Positions 49,921 through 61,073 of a DNA stretch of 64,000 bases are shown piece by piece (position 1 is the first letter of the stretch; each line of letters opens with the position of its first letter). Under the pieces are notes generated by a model that was given only the letters and a program-made list of their open reading frames with translations, searched no databases and was not told the DNA's origin. The position numbers and the translations under genes were made by a program. Origin of the DNA: Octopus bimaculoides (lineage: Eukaryota); contig NC_068984.1 of assembly GCF_001194135.2 (NCBI RefSeq), positions 116,694,386-116,758,385 of the forward strand, in the 5' to 3' direction.

Positions 49921-51715
49921 ATTTTTTTTTTATAGTTTCAGCTCAGATCTGTGGCCATGCTGAAGCACTGCCATTTTGCTAAACTGTTATTACAGAGACC
50001 CTGCTTTAATATGTGGTTCTTGGTGAAGAATGGAGTTTGATGTAACTACCCTCATTTGCACCTCTTACCGTGAGGGAGGTTCATTTGGGAATCTTGACAG
50101 GAGAGGTCCAGCCTTGATTTTAAAATGCCTACATCTACTTTGTGCAGGTTCCTGAGGCTTTTTAAGAGAATACTAAAAAGCTGTATGCCCCTGAAACCCA
50201 GGCTGTTGCAGTAACTGTCCTGAACGGTGATGGCATTGCTGGGATCTTTGGCACTGTGCAGTTTCGACACATTCTGGCATTGGTATAGCTTTCAATGCCA
50301 AAATTTGGCACAATTCCTTCCAGGATCTTCCAGATGTATATTCCTGCATACCTCTTCCGTCTTCGCTCCAGGGAGTAGAGTCTTAGCTGTTTCAGCCTTT
50401 CTCAGTAGCAGAGCTGTTGCAAAGAGACGATCTTCTTTGTGAATCTTCGCTGGATTGCTTCAAGGACCGCTGTTAATTTTACACTGTTGGGTGACCATAG
50501 CTGGGAGCAGTAATCCAGTCGGCTGGGGACGAACGTCCTCCAGAGGACCATCATGGTTTCCTTATCTCTGGTTCTGAATGTTCTCAGGATCCAGCCAGCC
50601 AGCCAGCCAGCCAGTCAGTCGTCTGCACTTTGTCGCCTTCCTGGTAATGTCCACTTGGAAAGAGGTATCATCAGTCATGTCGATACACAAGTCCCTCACT
50701 GATTTAGGCTCTGGAATTGTAATTCCCTGTGGACCAGTGTACCTTGTAAATTTCATATTCAGTTTTGGACGCTGGTAGCGTAGGGCTTGGAATTTTTCAG
50801 TATTAAACTGCATATTATTATCCTCAGCCCATCTGTAAATTGCGTCCAACTCCTGCTGAAGATGTGCAATATCGCGGGGGTTCTGTATTTTCTGCGAGAC
50901 TTTCGTATCGCCTGCGTAGCTAGCAAGGGTGGCTATCTGGGCAGCTGAGGGCATATCTGAGAGAGCCACTATGAAAAGCAGTAGTCCCAAAATAGTGCCC
51001 CGTGGAACACCGCTCACTATTTGTGTTTTCGTAGAGGTGGCTCCATTGGCCACTACTGCCTTACTTCTGTCTTTCAGAAAGTCATGTAACCACTCTCCAA
51101 GTTTTTCAGCTATGCCGAGATAACGCAGTTTGTGGCATATCATACAATGATCCACTTTGTCAAAGGCTTTTGCAAAATCAAGGTATATTACATTCACATT
51201 TGAGTTATTGAGTAACTGCCTCAACACCCATTCATAATGTTGTAAGAGCTGAGTCAAGCAGCTCCTACCTGGTCGAAAGCCATGCTGGGAATCATTCAGC
51301 AAGTTATTTTCTTCAAAGAATGCGGTTAGTTTACCTCTGACAATCCGTTCCATGACTTTGCTGATGTGTGAAGTCAAAGAGATAGACCTATAGATTTGGC
51401 ATCTGCTCTGCATCCCCCTTTATGTATTGGGCATATTATTCCCTCCTTCAGCTTGCTTGGCAGTCTGGCATTTGCAAAAAAGCTCTGGAAGAGAATCTGT
51501 AGGGGTTTAGCTAGGCCACGCTTACACTATTTGAGGAGGATTGCTGGGAAACCATCAGGACCAGCAGCCGAATTTGCGTCCACCTCATCTATGGCTAGTA
51601 GTATATCTTCTTCGCTAATGTCGATGTTTTCCATCGAAACTGCCTCGCTGGTGATAGGTGAGGCGGCAAAGAAGTCCACTAGTTCGTTCACTTGTCTGTG
51701 TTCCAACGTGGTGGT
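49921..51715 (-). mobile_element. 5'-truncated CR1-group LINE: RT plus C-terminal domain and 3' UTR/tail, pseudogenised
   Basis: SAAGPDGFPAILLK; YRSISLTSHISKVME; QHGFRPGRSCLTQLL; YLDFAKAFDKVDH; SGVPRGTILG; YAGD (YADD mutated); RLDYCSQLWSP..LEAIQRRFTK..LYSLERRRKRY; A-rich 3' end at ~49921-49935. Confidence 0.95.
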
Positions 51716-51744
51716 ATATATATATATATATATATGTAGAAGGT

Positions 51745-51990
51745 TGAAAAGGAACACACGAGTTGATATACATGGAAAAAAGTCAAGGTAGAAAATGCTA
51801 AAATAATTTTACATAAAACTTTTCAGTGCCGGTTTCAATCATTGAGACTTCTTCAACTGTAAGCATTGAAAACAATTAAATTTTGGAAAAATTAAAATAA
51901 AAGTTTTTTAAAAGAATAACACAAGTACACACGCAACGAAAGACACAAATGGAAAACAAAACAAACAACATAAAGAACGACCCTTCATCA
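51745..51990 (-). mobile_element. Unclassified repeat containing a hammerhead relic (Penelope pLTR-like)
   Basis: Contains the motif at 51824-51859 and TGATGAAGGGTCGTTCTTTATGTTG, similar to CTGATGAAGGAAAATGTTCTCTATGTGG at ~27196. Confidence 0.4.
51824..51859 (-). ncRNA. Degenerate minimal type I hammerhead ribozyme
   Basis: CAG-TTGAAGA-AGTC(TCAAT)GATT-GAAA-CCGGCA-CTG; C3>U and U16.1>C relative to consensus. Confidence 0.5.
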
Positions 51991-53338
51991 NNNNNNNNNN
52001 NNNNNNNNNNNNNNNNNNNNNNNNNNNNNNNNNNNNNNNNNNNNNNNNNNNNNNNNNNNNNNNNNNNNNNNNNNNNNNNNNNNNNNNNNNNNNNNNNNNN
52101 NNNNNNNNNNNNNNNNNNNNNNNNNNNNNNNNNNNNNNNNNNNNNNNNNNNNNNNNNNNNNNNNNNNNNNNNNNNNNNNNNNNNNNNNNNNNNNNNNNNN
52201 NNNNNNNNNNNNNNNNNNNNNNNNNNNNNNNNNNNNNNNNNNNNNNNNNNNNNNNNNNNNNNNNNNNNNNNNNNNNNNNNNNNNNNNNNNNNNNNNNNNN
52301 NNNNNNNNNNNNNNNNNNNNNNNNNNNNNNNNNNNNNNNNNNNNNNNNNNNNTGTGCATGTATATGTATATATATATATATTTATTTATTTGTGCCACAT
52401 CCCTTTCCTGCTTTCAGTGATCGAATCTCCAGTTGTTGTTTTTTTTTTCCAATGAAGATTGATTTATATTTCGTGAAACAGCAAACAACAAAAATCAAAA
52501 ACTGTTTTCATTCTAGCAAAAAAAAAAAAAGAAAGAAAAAAAACGAAATCTTAAAAAAACTGTGTGCAACAAATTTCATATTGACACTCATTTATTGCAT
52601 TTTTTTCGACCGCCATTTTCATTCATTGATCGGTTTTGTGTGGGATCAAATAATCCTTTACTGTTTTTAGAAAAATACTTCAAACCTAATGTAACCATTT
52701 CTATCCGCATGACATCTGATAAAAATTATATTAATGATGTTTACGTCATAATGATTTGGAAACTTCGAGAGATATGAAAATAAATCGTTTTTCACGGTGG
52801 AACTCGATGAACCAGAATTGACTTCCAGGAAAGTAGAAGATACTGATGTTTTATTATCTTAGAAAAGCGAGAAAGCAGCGTAGTATATATTAGACACTGT
52901 TCAAACACATGATTTAGATATTAATCTTAATTTGATAAAATATCATCAACATAAATAAATCGTTTTTAACGGTAGAACTCGAATTAGACAAAGCTATATA
53001 TAATGGCATATAGAATACTGCGTTAATGAAAATCACTTGGAACGAAAATGTCGACTCTTTCCATCCTAGAGCCTTTTTTAACCCAATATTTTGCACTGTA
53101 TTATTTATAGCTCTATCTACTTCGAGTTCCACCATTAAAAAATAATTTATTTCTGTCGATGATATCTTAGCAAATACAAAAAGAAAAAAAAAACAGGTCA
53201 TGTTACTGAATCGCATCTAGTGTTTTCTATGCTGCTTGCTGTTTTTTTTTTTTCAATTTTTTTTTCTTTTTTTTTTTCAATATATTTGTATCTTCTACTT
53301 CTCTGAAAGCCACTTCTGATTCTTGAAANNNNNNNNNN

Positions 53339-53403
<65 letters not shown>

Positions 53404-53425
53404 CCTCTCTATCTATCTATCTATA
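53339..53425. repeat. (CT)n/(CTAT)n microsatellite
   Basis: Directly visible. Confidence 0.95.
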
Positions 53426-54899
53426 CACCAGTTTACTACTTGGTAGTACATAGCTTATGGTAGAAACCACTATAGCTTTGCTGCAGTTGTTTCTTACTAT
53501 CCGTGCTCTATTTGTAACATTCTATGACTCATTCAGTCGGTATGGGACGTGTAAGATGACTCTTATTTACGAAACGCCTAGATCTTGCGATCAGTATGAT
53601 CTTTTAGGATTCAATCAGTAGTCAGGTAACCGCCGATGCCTGACAGCTGCAAGATAGCTAAAATCCTTTTTTGGCATTTGGAGAACTTCCACAGTACATC
53701 TATTGCATTAATATTAGTGGGCGACTAAAACGGTATTTTAAACGCACTGAGATTGAATACGACTAGTGCTTATGACGGAGATGNNNNNNNNNNNNNNNNN
53801 NNNNNNNNNNNNNNNNNNNNNNNNNNNNNNNNNNNNNNNNNNNNNNNNNNNNNNNNNNNNNNNNNNNNNNNNNNNNNNNNNNNNNNNNNNNNNNNNNNNN
53901 NNNNNNNNNNNNNNNNNNNNNNNNNNNNNNNNNNNNNNNNNNNNNNNNNNNNNNNNNNNNNNNNNNNNNNNNNNNNNNNNNNNNNNNNNNNNNNNNNNNN
54001 NNNNNNNNNNNNNNNNNNNNNNNNNNNNNNNNNNNNNNNNNNNNNNNNNNNNNNNNNNNNNNNNNNNNNNNNNNNNNNNNNNNNNNNNNNNNNNNNNNNN
54101 NNNNNNNNNNNNNNNNNNNNNNNNNNNNNNNNNNNNNNNNNNNNNNNNNNNNNNNNNNNNNNNNNNNNNNNNNNNNNNNNNNNNNNNNNNNNNNNNNNNN
54201 NNNNNNNNNNNNNNNNNNNNNNNNNNNNNNNNNNNNNNNNNNNNNNNNNNNNNNNNNNNNNNNNNNNNNNNNNNNNNNNNNNNNNNNNNNNNNNNNNNNN
54301 NNNNNNNNNNNNNNNNNNNNNNNNNNTAGTGGGCGACTAAAACGGTATTTTAAACGCACTGAGATTGAATACGACTAGTGCTTATGACGGAGATGTATAA
54401 TCGCTTCTTAAATCTGCTCAAATTTTCCCCAAGTTCTTGACTGATAACGACTAGATTACCTGGGTTTGTCCAAATGAATTTGGAAGAATCAAAGTGGATC
54501 GTTCTAATCGTTACCGCTTAATTATGCTACATAATCTAATCGTTTAAACCGGTGTTTCTGCAGATGGAGTGAAAGCTCTGCAGGTGGAACATGGTAATAT
54601 TTTGGAGGAGCGTGGGTTAGTTCGACTCGAAGATATAAAAGCCGTTCGTGGGTCTCGGTTGACAGAGAGGTGTTGTTAGAACCGAGTTATGTGCGTCTCT
54701 CCCGGATTGTGGAGAACGTGTAATATACGACTCAAAACGGATCTGTACGACTTTTCAGAAACACAATGTAAAATTTTTCTTCTGCTCGACTGGTAAACAG
54801 CTGAGGAAAGACGCTTGTTGTTCTGTGATAAATTAAACAAACTATTCAGTTATGCTTTTTTTTTTTTACCTTTTTCTTGTGTCTTTTTTTTTATGTGGA

Positions 54900-55027
54900 C
54901 TTGACAGAACCGATAGAGCATCGGATAAAAGTACATTGTGGTACTTGCTCTGGCTCTTTACATTCTGAATTCAAATCCTGTCGAGGTCAAATTTGCCTTT
55001 CATACTTTCTGGATCGATAAAATAAAA
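54900..55027 (+). mobile_element. Diverged SINE family C
   Basis: TTTACATTCTGAATTCAAATCCTGTCGAGGTCAAATTTGCCTTTCATAC..GATCGATAAAATAA. Confidence 0.7.
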
Positions 55028-55028
55028 C

Positions 55029-55060
<32 letters not shown>

Positions 55061-55129
55061 CAACCACAACAACACAACCGCTAACGTAACTACCGCTAAC
55101 GTAACTACCGCTGCCACCATCTACCACTG

Positions 55130-55527
55130 TTATTTTTTGTTTTGTTGTTGGCACTCCGTCGCTTGCGACGTCGAGAGTTCCAGTTGATCCGATCAACGGA
55201 ACAGCCTGCTCGTGAAATTAACGTGCAAGTGGCTGAGCACTCCACAGACACGTGTACCTTTAACGTAGTTCTCGGGGAGATTCAGCGTGACACTGAGTGT
55301 GACAAGGCTGACCCTTTGAAATACAGGCAGAACAGAAACAGGAAGTAAAAGTGAGAGAAAGTTGTGGTGAAAGAGTACAGCAGGGTTCTCCACCATCCCC
55401 TGCCGGAGCCTCGTGGAGCTTTAGGTGTTTTCGCTCAATAAACACTCACAACGCCCGGTCTGGGAATCGAAACCGCGATCCTATGACCGCGAGTCCGCTG
55501 CCCTAACCGCTAGGCCATTGCGCCTCC
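55130..55527 (-). mobile_element. SINE family A, full length, with ~15-bp imperfect TSD
   Basis: CCACCATCTACCACT (55114-55128) versus CCACCATCTTCCACT (55526-55540). Confidence 0.92.
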
Positions 55528-56759
55528 ACCATCTTCCACTACCACCAACATTAACATCACTGACTACCACCACCACCACCACCACCACCACCATTACCAG
55601 CACTACCCTTTCGACATCAACAATACCAGAAACATCAAAATCATGGACGTATTAAGAGTAGTAAAAACTGACAAAAACAGTTGGTTCCACAATTTTGGGG
55701 TCTGCATGGTTAACTTAAGGAAGACAGATGACCAATGAACAGACTACAGTGTCTTTTGAACCTCTGTCACCAATGGTAATAATCATATTGTATTCTCTTT
55801 TATTCCTTCCAACAGTTTTCTAATGCCTGTCGTCCTCAAGAAAGATTACATCAGTTATTGCTTCCAAGACTTGACAATTTCAAGCATATAAAAAAGAAAA
55901 CAAATAGAAAAATGTTTATTTTGAGAAGTGAAGCATTAACAGATGTACTAAAACGTAGCTGTAATTGTAAAAGTGTAACCTGTCTTAATCCATTTAATTT
56001 ACGCAACAGTCAAAATAATAATTTATGATTATGTCTGATATAAAAAGGTATTATAAAAAGAAGCATCGATTTTCTGAGTTAGGCACAAAAAGTTATCGAT
56101 TCTTGCCAGTCGAATGTCAATTGGTAAATCAGTAAATAAATAAATAAATAAGAAACAAATGGATGTATGAAGGATGTTTGTTTTAATGCGGAACATAGAG
56201 CAAACATTTACTCCTATCTACACAGAATAACGGAATGCAACTATGCTCTGTGCATAACATGCGATTTGTGAATGAAAGTAAGATATAGCAGAGATAGAAG
56301 GAAAATTAGAACAGCTGCAGCAAAAAGCTAGATGATAAGGTATGAACCAAAGATAATAAATATAAACAAAGACATACTTCCTCAAAGTAAAGGTGGCGGG
56401 GTGGGGGGAGAGAAATGATGATCAAAATCTAAGCAATCAGAAAAATAAATCTGATATGTTATCCAACGTATGGCATTGACACATATTTAATATTCATATT
56501 GGAAAAGAGAGACAGAGAGAGTGAAAAAAAAATAATAATTGGATAAATTCGAAGAACTGTAATAATAAATCAAGAAAAGTGAGGTTTTAAAAATACACTC
56601 GGCAGTAAAATAATCACGGATAACGTAATAACTGAGTGTTGAGATTAAAAAGACCGTTATAGAACATTAAATTGAGTACATATATTTTAAATTATAGAAA
56701 ACTGAAGAAAAGAAAGAAGCGCAAAACAAATAATGATAAAAAAATATCTGATGATGAAT

Positions 56760-57535
56760 GCATTGATAGCGACGACTACGACGACGACGACGATGATGAT
56801 GATAACGAGGGGGAGGACGAGGATGTAGAGGGGATGAGAATAGGACGAGGGGAAGAGGCGGATGAGGAAGAGTGGAGGAGGAGGAGGAGGGGAAGGTGAT
56901 ACGAGGTGGAAGGAAAAGAGGAGACAGAAGAGGCGGAAAGACAAGAGGAAGAGGTGAAGAAAGAAGAGGAAGAAGAAGAAGAAGAAGAGGAGAGAGAAGA
57001 GGAGGTAGAAAAAGAGGAGGGAGAAGAGGAGAATGAAGAAGAAGAAGAGGAGGAGAATGAAGAAGAGGGGAGAAGAGGAGGGAGAAGAAGAAGAAGAAGA
57101 GGGAGAAGAGGAGAATGAAGAAGAGGGGAGAAGAGGAGGACGAAGAGGAGAATGAAGAAGAAGAGTGTAGAAGAGGAGGATAAAGAAGAGGAGAGGAAGA
57201 GGGAGAGGTGGAGGTTGAAGAAGAAGAGGGGAGAAGAGGAGGGAGAAGAAGAAGAAGAAGAGGGGAGAAGAGGAGGGAGAAGAAGAAGAAGAGGGGAAAA
57301 GAGGAGGGAGAAGAGGAGGGTGAAGAAGAAGAGGGAGAAGTGGAGAATGAAGAAGAGGGAGAAGAGGGAGAAGAAGAGGAGAATGAAGAAGAAGAGTGTA
57401 GAAGAGGAGGATAAAGAAGAAGGAGAGGAAGAGGGAGAGGTGGAGGGTGAAGAAGAAGAGGGGAGAAGAGGAGGGAGAAGAGTGGAGAAGAGGAGGATGA
57501 AGAAGGAGAGGAAGAGAGAGAAGTGGAGGATGAAG

Positions 57536-57566
<31 letters not shown>

Positions 57567-57870
57567 GAAGGAAAACAAAGAAGAGAGATAGGAAGAGGAA
57601 GACTAAGAGGAAGGAGAAAAGGAGGGCGAAAGAGAGGCGGGTGATGAAGGTTATGATGATGATGATGACGAGGAGGAGGAGGAGGAGGAGGAGGGAGAAG
57701 AGCAGGAGGGGGATGAAAAGGGGAGAAGAGTAGGTAGAGAAGGTAGAGGAAGGGAAGAGCAAGAGGGTTATGATGATGATGATGAGGAGGACGACGACCA
57801 CGATAAGGAGGAAGAGGCAGAGAATGATGAAATAAATAATAAGGAGGGGGGAGGAGAAGGAGGAAGAGTA
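56760..57870. repeat. ~1.1-kb polypurine (GAA/GAG/GGA) low-complexity tract with higher-order periodicity
   Basis: Almost purely A/G on the plus strand; GAGAATGAAGAAGAAGAGTGTAGAAGAGGAGGATAAAGAAGA recurs ~230 bp apart. Confidence 0.9.
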
Positions 57871-59383
57871 GGAAAAAACAGTATCGGGAAATTTGAGAGT
57901 AATAATTCATTTTTATTCGCATTATGTTTGTTGCAGAGGAAGTAGATTCATTGTAAGATTAACATATAACTCAAACATCTAAGTAGAGTATTCTTTTTAC
58001 CCCACTTTTTCTCATAACCATCAGGTAACCCTCTAATTAATCACACCAGTAAATTGCTGCTACGTACTATTATTTTTCCCCATGTCTTTCTCTCCGTCTC
58101 TCTCTCTCTTCTCTCTCTCCCTCTCTCCATTTTTCTACCCCTCTTTCTCTCCTTTTTCCTCTCTTGCTAAATAGTACAGGTTACCTATCTGATGTCTCGT
58201 ACGTTGCTTAGTTCCAGTAAACATCAAATCCTCAAGCGAGGTCCATTTGCTCACATCGTCTTTTTTTTAAAGAAAACTGTTTCAATGGAAGTGACTAATC
58301 TTCGCAATTATCTTCTATAAAAGCGAACTATCTTCAATGTTTCCCCCAATGTTTGAAGATTCTTATAGTTCTCTCTTTCAACATTTCTTTCCTTCTTTCT
58401 TTTCTCTTCTTTCTTGCTTTCTTTTTTCCTTCCTTCATTCTTTATGGCAATCTGTGAACAATAGAACCGTTCGTTACAAGTTTCCAACGAGTAATTACTG
58501 CATTTCTGACAGCAGGAAGTGTCACCGGATTTTCGGTTTCTCGCCCATGTTGAAATCTTTTGTATCTCTACATAAATTCCTATACATACATGCATACATA
58601 CATACATACATACATGCATGCATACATACATTCATGTGTGTATTAGTATGTGTGGTTGTAGGAAGCAAAAAAAAACTGTCTGTCATAGGGATCATGATAG
58701 GTAAAAAGTAAGCATACAGCACTGCAACGAAGTGTAAAACTTGGACAACAAAATGGACACAATACTCCCTTCATCTGTTGGTATAGGTAGCTGCTCTTTG
58801 AATTTATTGGTATCGGCTAGAGGTTGTGACGCTATCAATAGATGTCCAAACAACTAAGATCTCTAGATCGACACCTGATGAAGGGAAACTTCTTTTTAAG
58901 CTAACTTTGTTTTGATTTTGTTATGTTTTCGTAGTCATACAATAAAATATTCAATATATTTGAATGTAAAGTATTATTTTATTTTCATTTTATTTTCAAT
59001 ATCATCTCTAAGAACTTGCTAATGTTTTGAACCTTTCTATTTTCTTGAGGGTCATGTAGTAAGAACTCCTGAAGAATATTAGTACCTGCATCGAATCCGA
59101 ATATCAGGAGGAAGAGAAGGCAGCTAAATCTACATGCGAAGATGAGGTTGCGACTGCCAGTACTATCCAGTGCCTGACGTTTTTGTCTCATCTTGCATAT
59201 ACCAAGTAGTTTTAAAGTGAGAGTCGGTTCGTGCAATCTGATAGCACTCTTTATAATTGAAGGTCAAACGACAGTGGCTCGGCGAGCTAAGACGGCTACA
59301 GTGACCAGCAGGGTGTAGGCTTTACATTGTAGTGGCCTTCTCCTCAGTGAATTGCCTTATAGGCCGAAGAGCTCCATCTATCT

Positions 59384-59452
<69 letters not shown>

Positions 59453-59870
59453 NNNNNNNNNNNNNNNNNNNNNNNNNNNNNNNNNNNNNNNNNNNNNNNN
59501 NNNNNNNNNNNNNNNNNNNNNNNNNNNNNNNNNNNNNNNNNNNNNNNNNNNNNNNNNNNNNNNNNNNNNNNNNNNNNNNNNNNNNNNNNNNNNNNNNNNN
59601 NNNNNNNNNNNNNNNNNNNNNNNNNNNNNNNNNNNNNNNNNNNNNNNNNNNNNNNNNNNNNNNNNNNNNNNNNNNNNNNNNNNNNNNNNNNNNNNNNNNN
59701 NNNNNNNNNNNNNNNNNNNNNNNNNNNNNNNNNNNNNNNNNNNNNNNNNNNNNNNNNNNNNNNNNNNNNNNNNNNNNNNNNNNNNNNNNNNNNNCACTCA
59801 CACACACTCACACACACATATATGTATACACACACACATATATATATACACACATACACACACACATACA

Positions 59871-60100
59871 CGAGGTGGGATGGGCTGAAACTTTCCTGGC
59901 TTTAGGTAAAAGAAATACAGGAGGATCAGTTAATTATGATTTTATTTAACATATTTTCTTCTCAGATTCACACACTTATTGCAGCGGTCCTTCAGTTTTT
60001 CTAAGCCCTGTAAAAGAACTCGGAAGTTCGGACCTCAAGCCAAGCCTTTCGCGAAACCCATAAAACGAGGAACTTTTCAGCACTCCCTCGTATACATACA
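59871..60100 (-). mobile_element. Mariner-derived MITE (same family as 16247-16468)
   Basis: Reverse-complement match to the 16247 copy; TIR GGAACTTTTCAGCACTCCCTCG|TA. Confidence 0.8.
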
Positions 60101-60125
60101 TACATACATACATACATACATACAT

Positions 60126-60621
60126 GATGATGATGATGGCCGTCCACTCGTGACCGAGGAAGACCATTGCCGACCTTCAGGAACGTTGTGCGCTCTAGGA
60201 CTAACTTATATTTTACATTTGCAGCTCCGTTGACAAGCATACATGACTGCAAACATTGCAGACCAAGCTTTCCCCATTCACTATACGAGCCGTGCGCTTT
60301 CGCGCAGCTCGCTTAAGTTCTTCATGCTGGATACGTGCTCTCTCAAAAGTGTCGATCCCTTCCTTAACTTGCTTCCTCCATCTGTGGCGATGACAGGCAT
60401 TGTTCTCCCAGTCAGTGTCCTGCATATCACAGGCCTTTAATGAGGACTTGACACAGTCCTTAAAGCGCAGCCTTGGTTTCTGCCGGAGTCTCCTTCCATT
60501 CACAAGTTCTCCATAGAGCATCTGCTTAGGAATCCTGCTATCCTTTATTCTAATAAGGTGTCCAGTCCAACGTAACCGGTGCTTGTGCACCATTGCCTCA
60601 ATACACAAGATATCCATAAAA
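60126..60621 (-). mobile_element. 5'-truncated RTE-clade LINE 3' end with (CAT)n tail
   Basis: IEAMVHKHRLRWTGHLIRIKDSRIPKQMLYGELVNG..PRLRFKDCVKSSLKAC..WE..A.HRHRWR..LVCNVCSHVCLS; 3' end GGACGGCCATCATCATCAT. Confidence 0.9.
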
Positions 60622-60678
60622 CGATACCCATAAAACGAGGAACTTTTCAGCATTCCCTCGTATACATACATACATACA

Positions 60679-60709
<31 letters not shown>

Positions 60710-61073
60710 GCATGCATATATACATTTATGCATATACATATGTATGTGCACATGCACTTATGGACGCAGCACGGATGGTATTACATATGCGGTTCTCATT
60801 ATATGCTGAAACTAATGAATTCTTTGACCTGTATTAACAGTGCATTTGACAGCTTGTAGATATAAACTTCTTATTAGACGTGTTCTAACTGGTTTTGTGA
60901 ATCCCAGCTTCTTAACCTTCATACTGAGGCAGTTAGCCATCTAGCAAATTGCGTTATAGTCTGAATGAGATAACTGCAGGTTTCTCATTAGTTATTTAAA
61001 TTATTCTGCTTAGTTACATTGTCTCTTTTCCCTGTCCCATTTAATTATATCTAATTTGATATGCTTTAATTAT

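Noticed and set aside
56672-57870. Acidic E/D-rich protein-coding region
   Set aside because: The frames are broken by stops and are fully explained by GAR repeats.
58870-58895. CTGATGAAGGGAAAC as a hammerhead
   Set aside because: There is no room for stem II and no downstream NUH/stem I.
59335-59385. CAGTGAATTGCCTTATAGGCCGAAGAGCTC as a hammerhead relic
   Set aside because: There are too many core deviations to distinguish it from chance.
60126-60190. RTE 3' tail as the partner of SINE A
   Set aside because: There is only a vague resemblance (GACGG..GCC plus short repeat tail) and no alignable stretch like the CR1/SINE B match.
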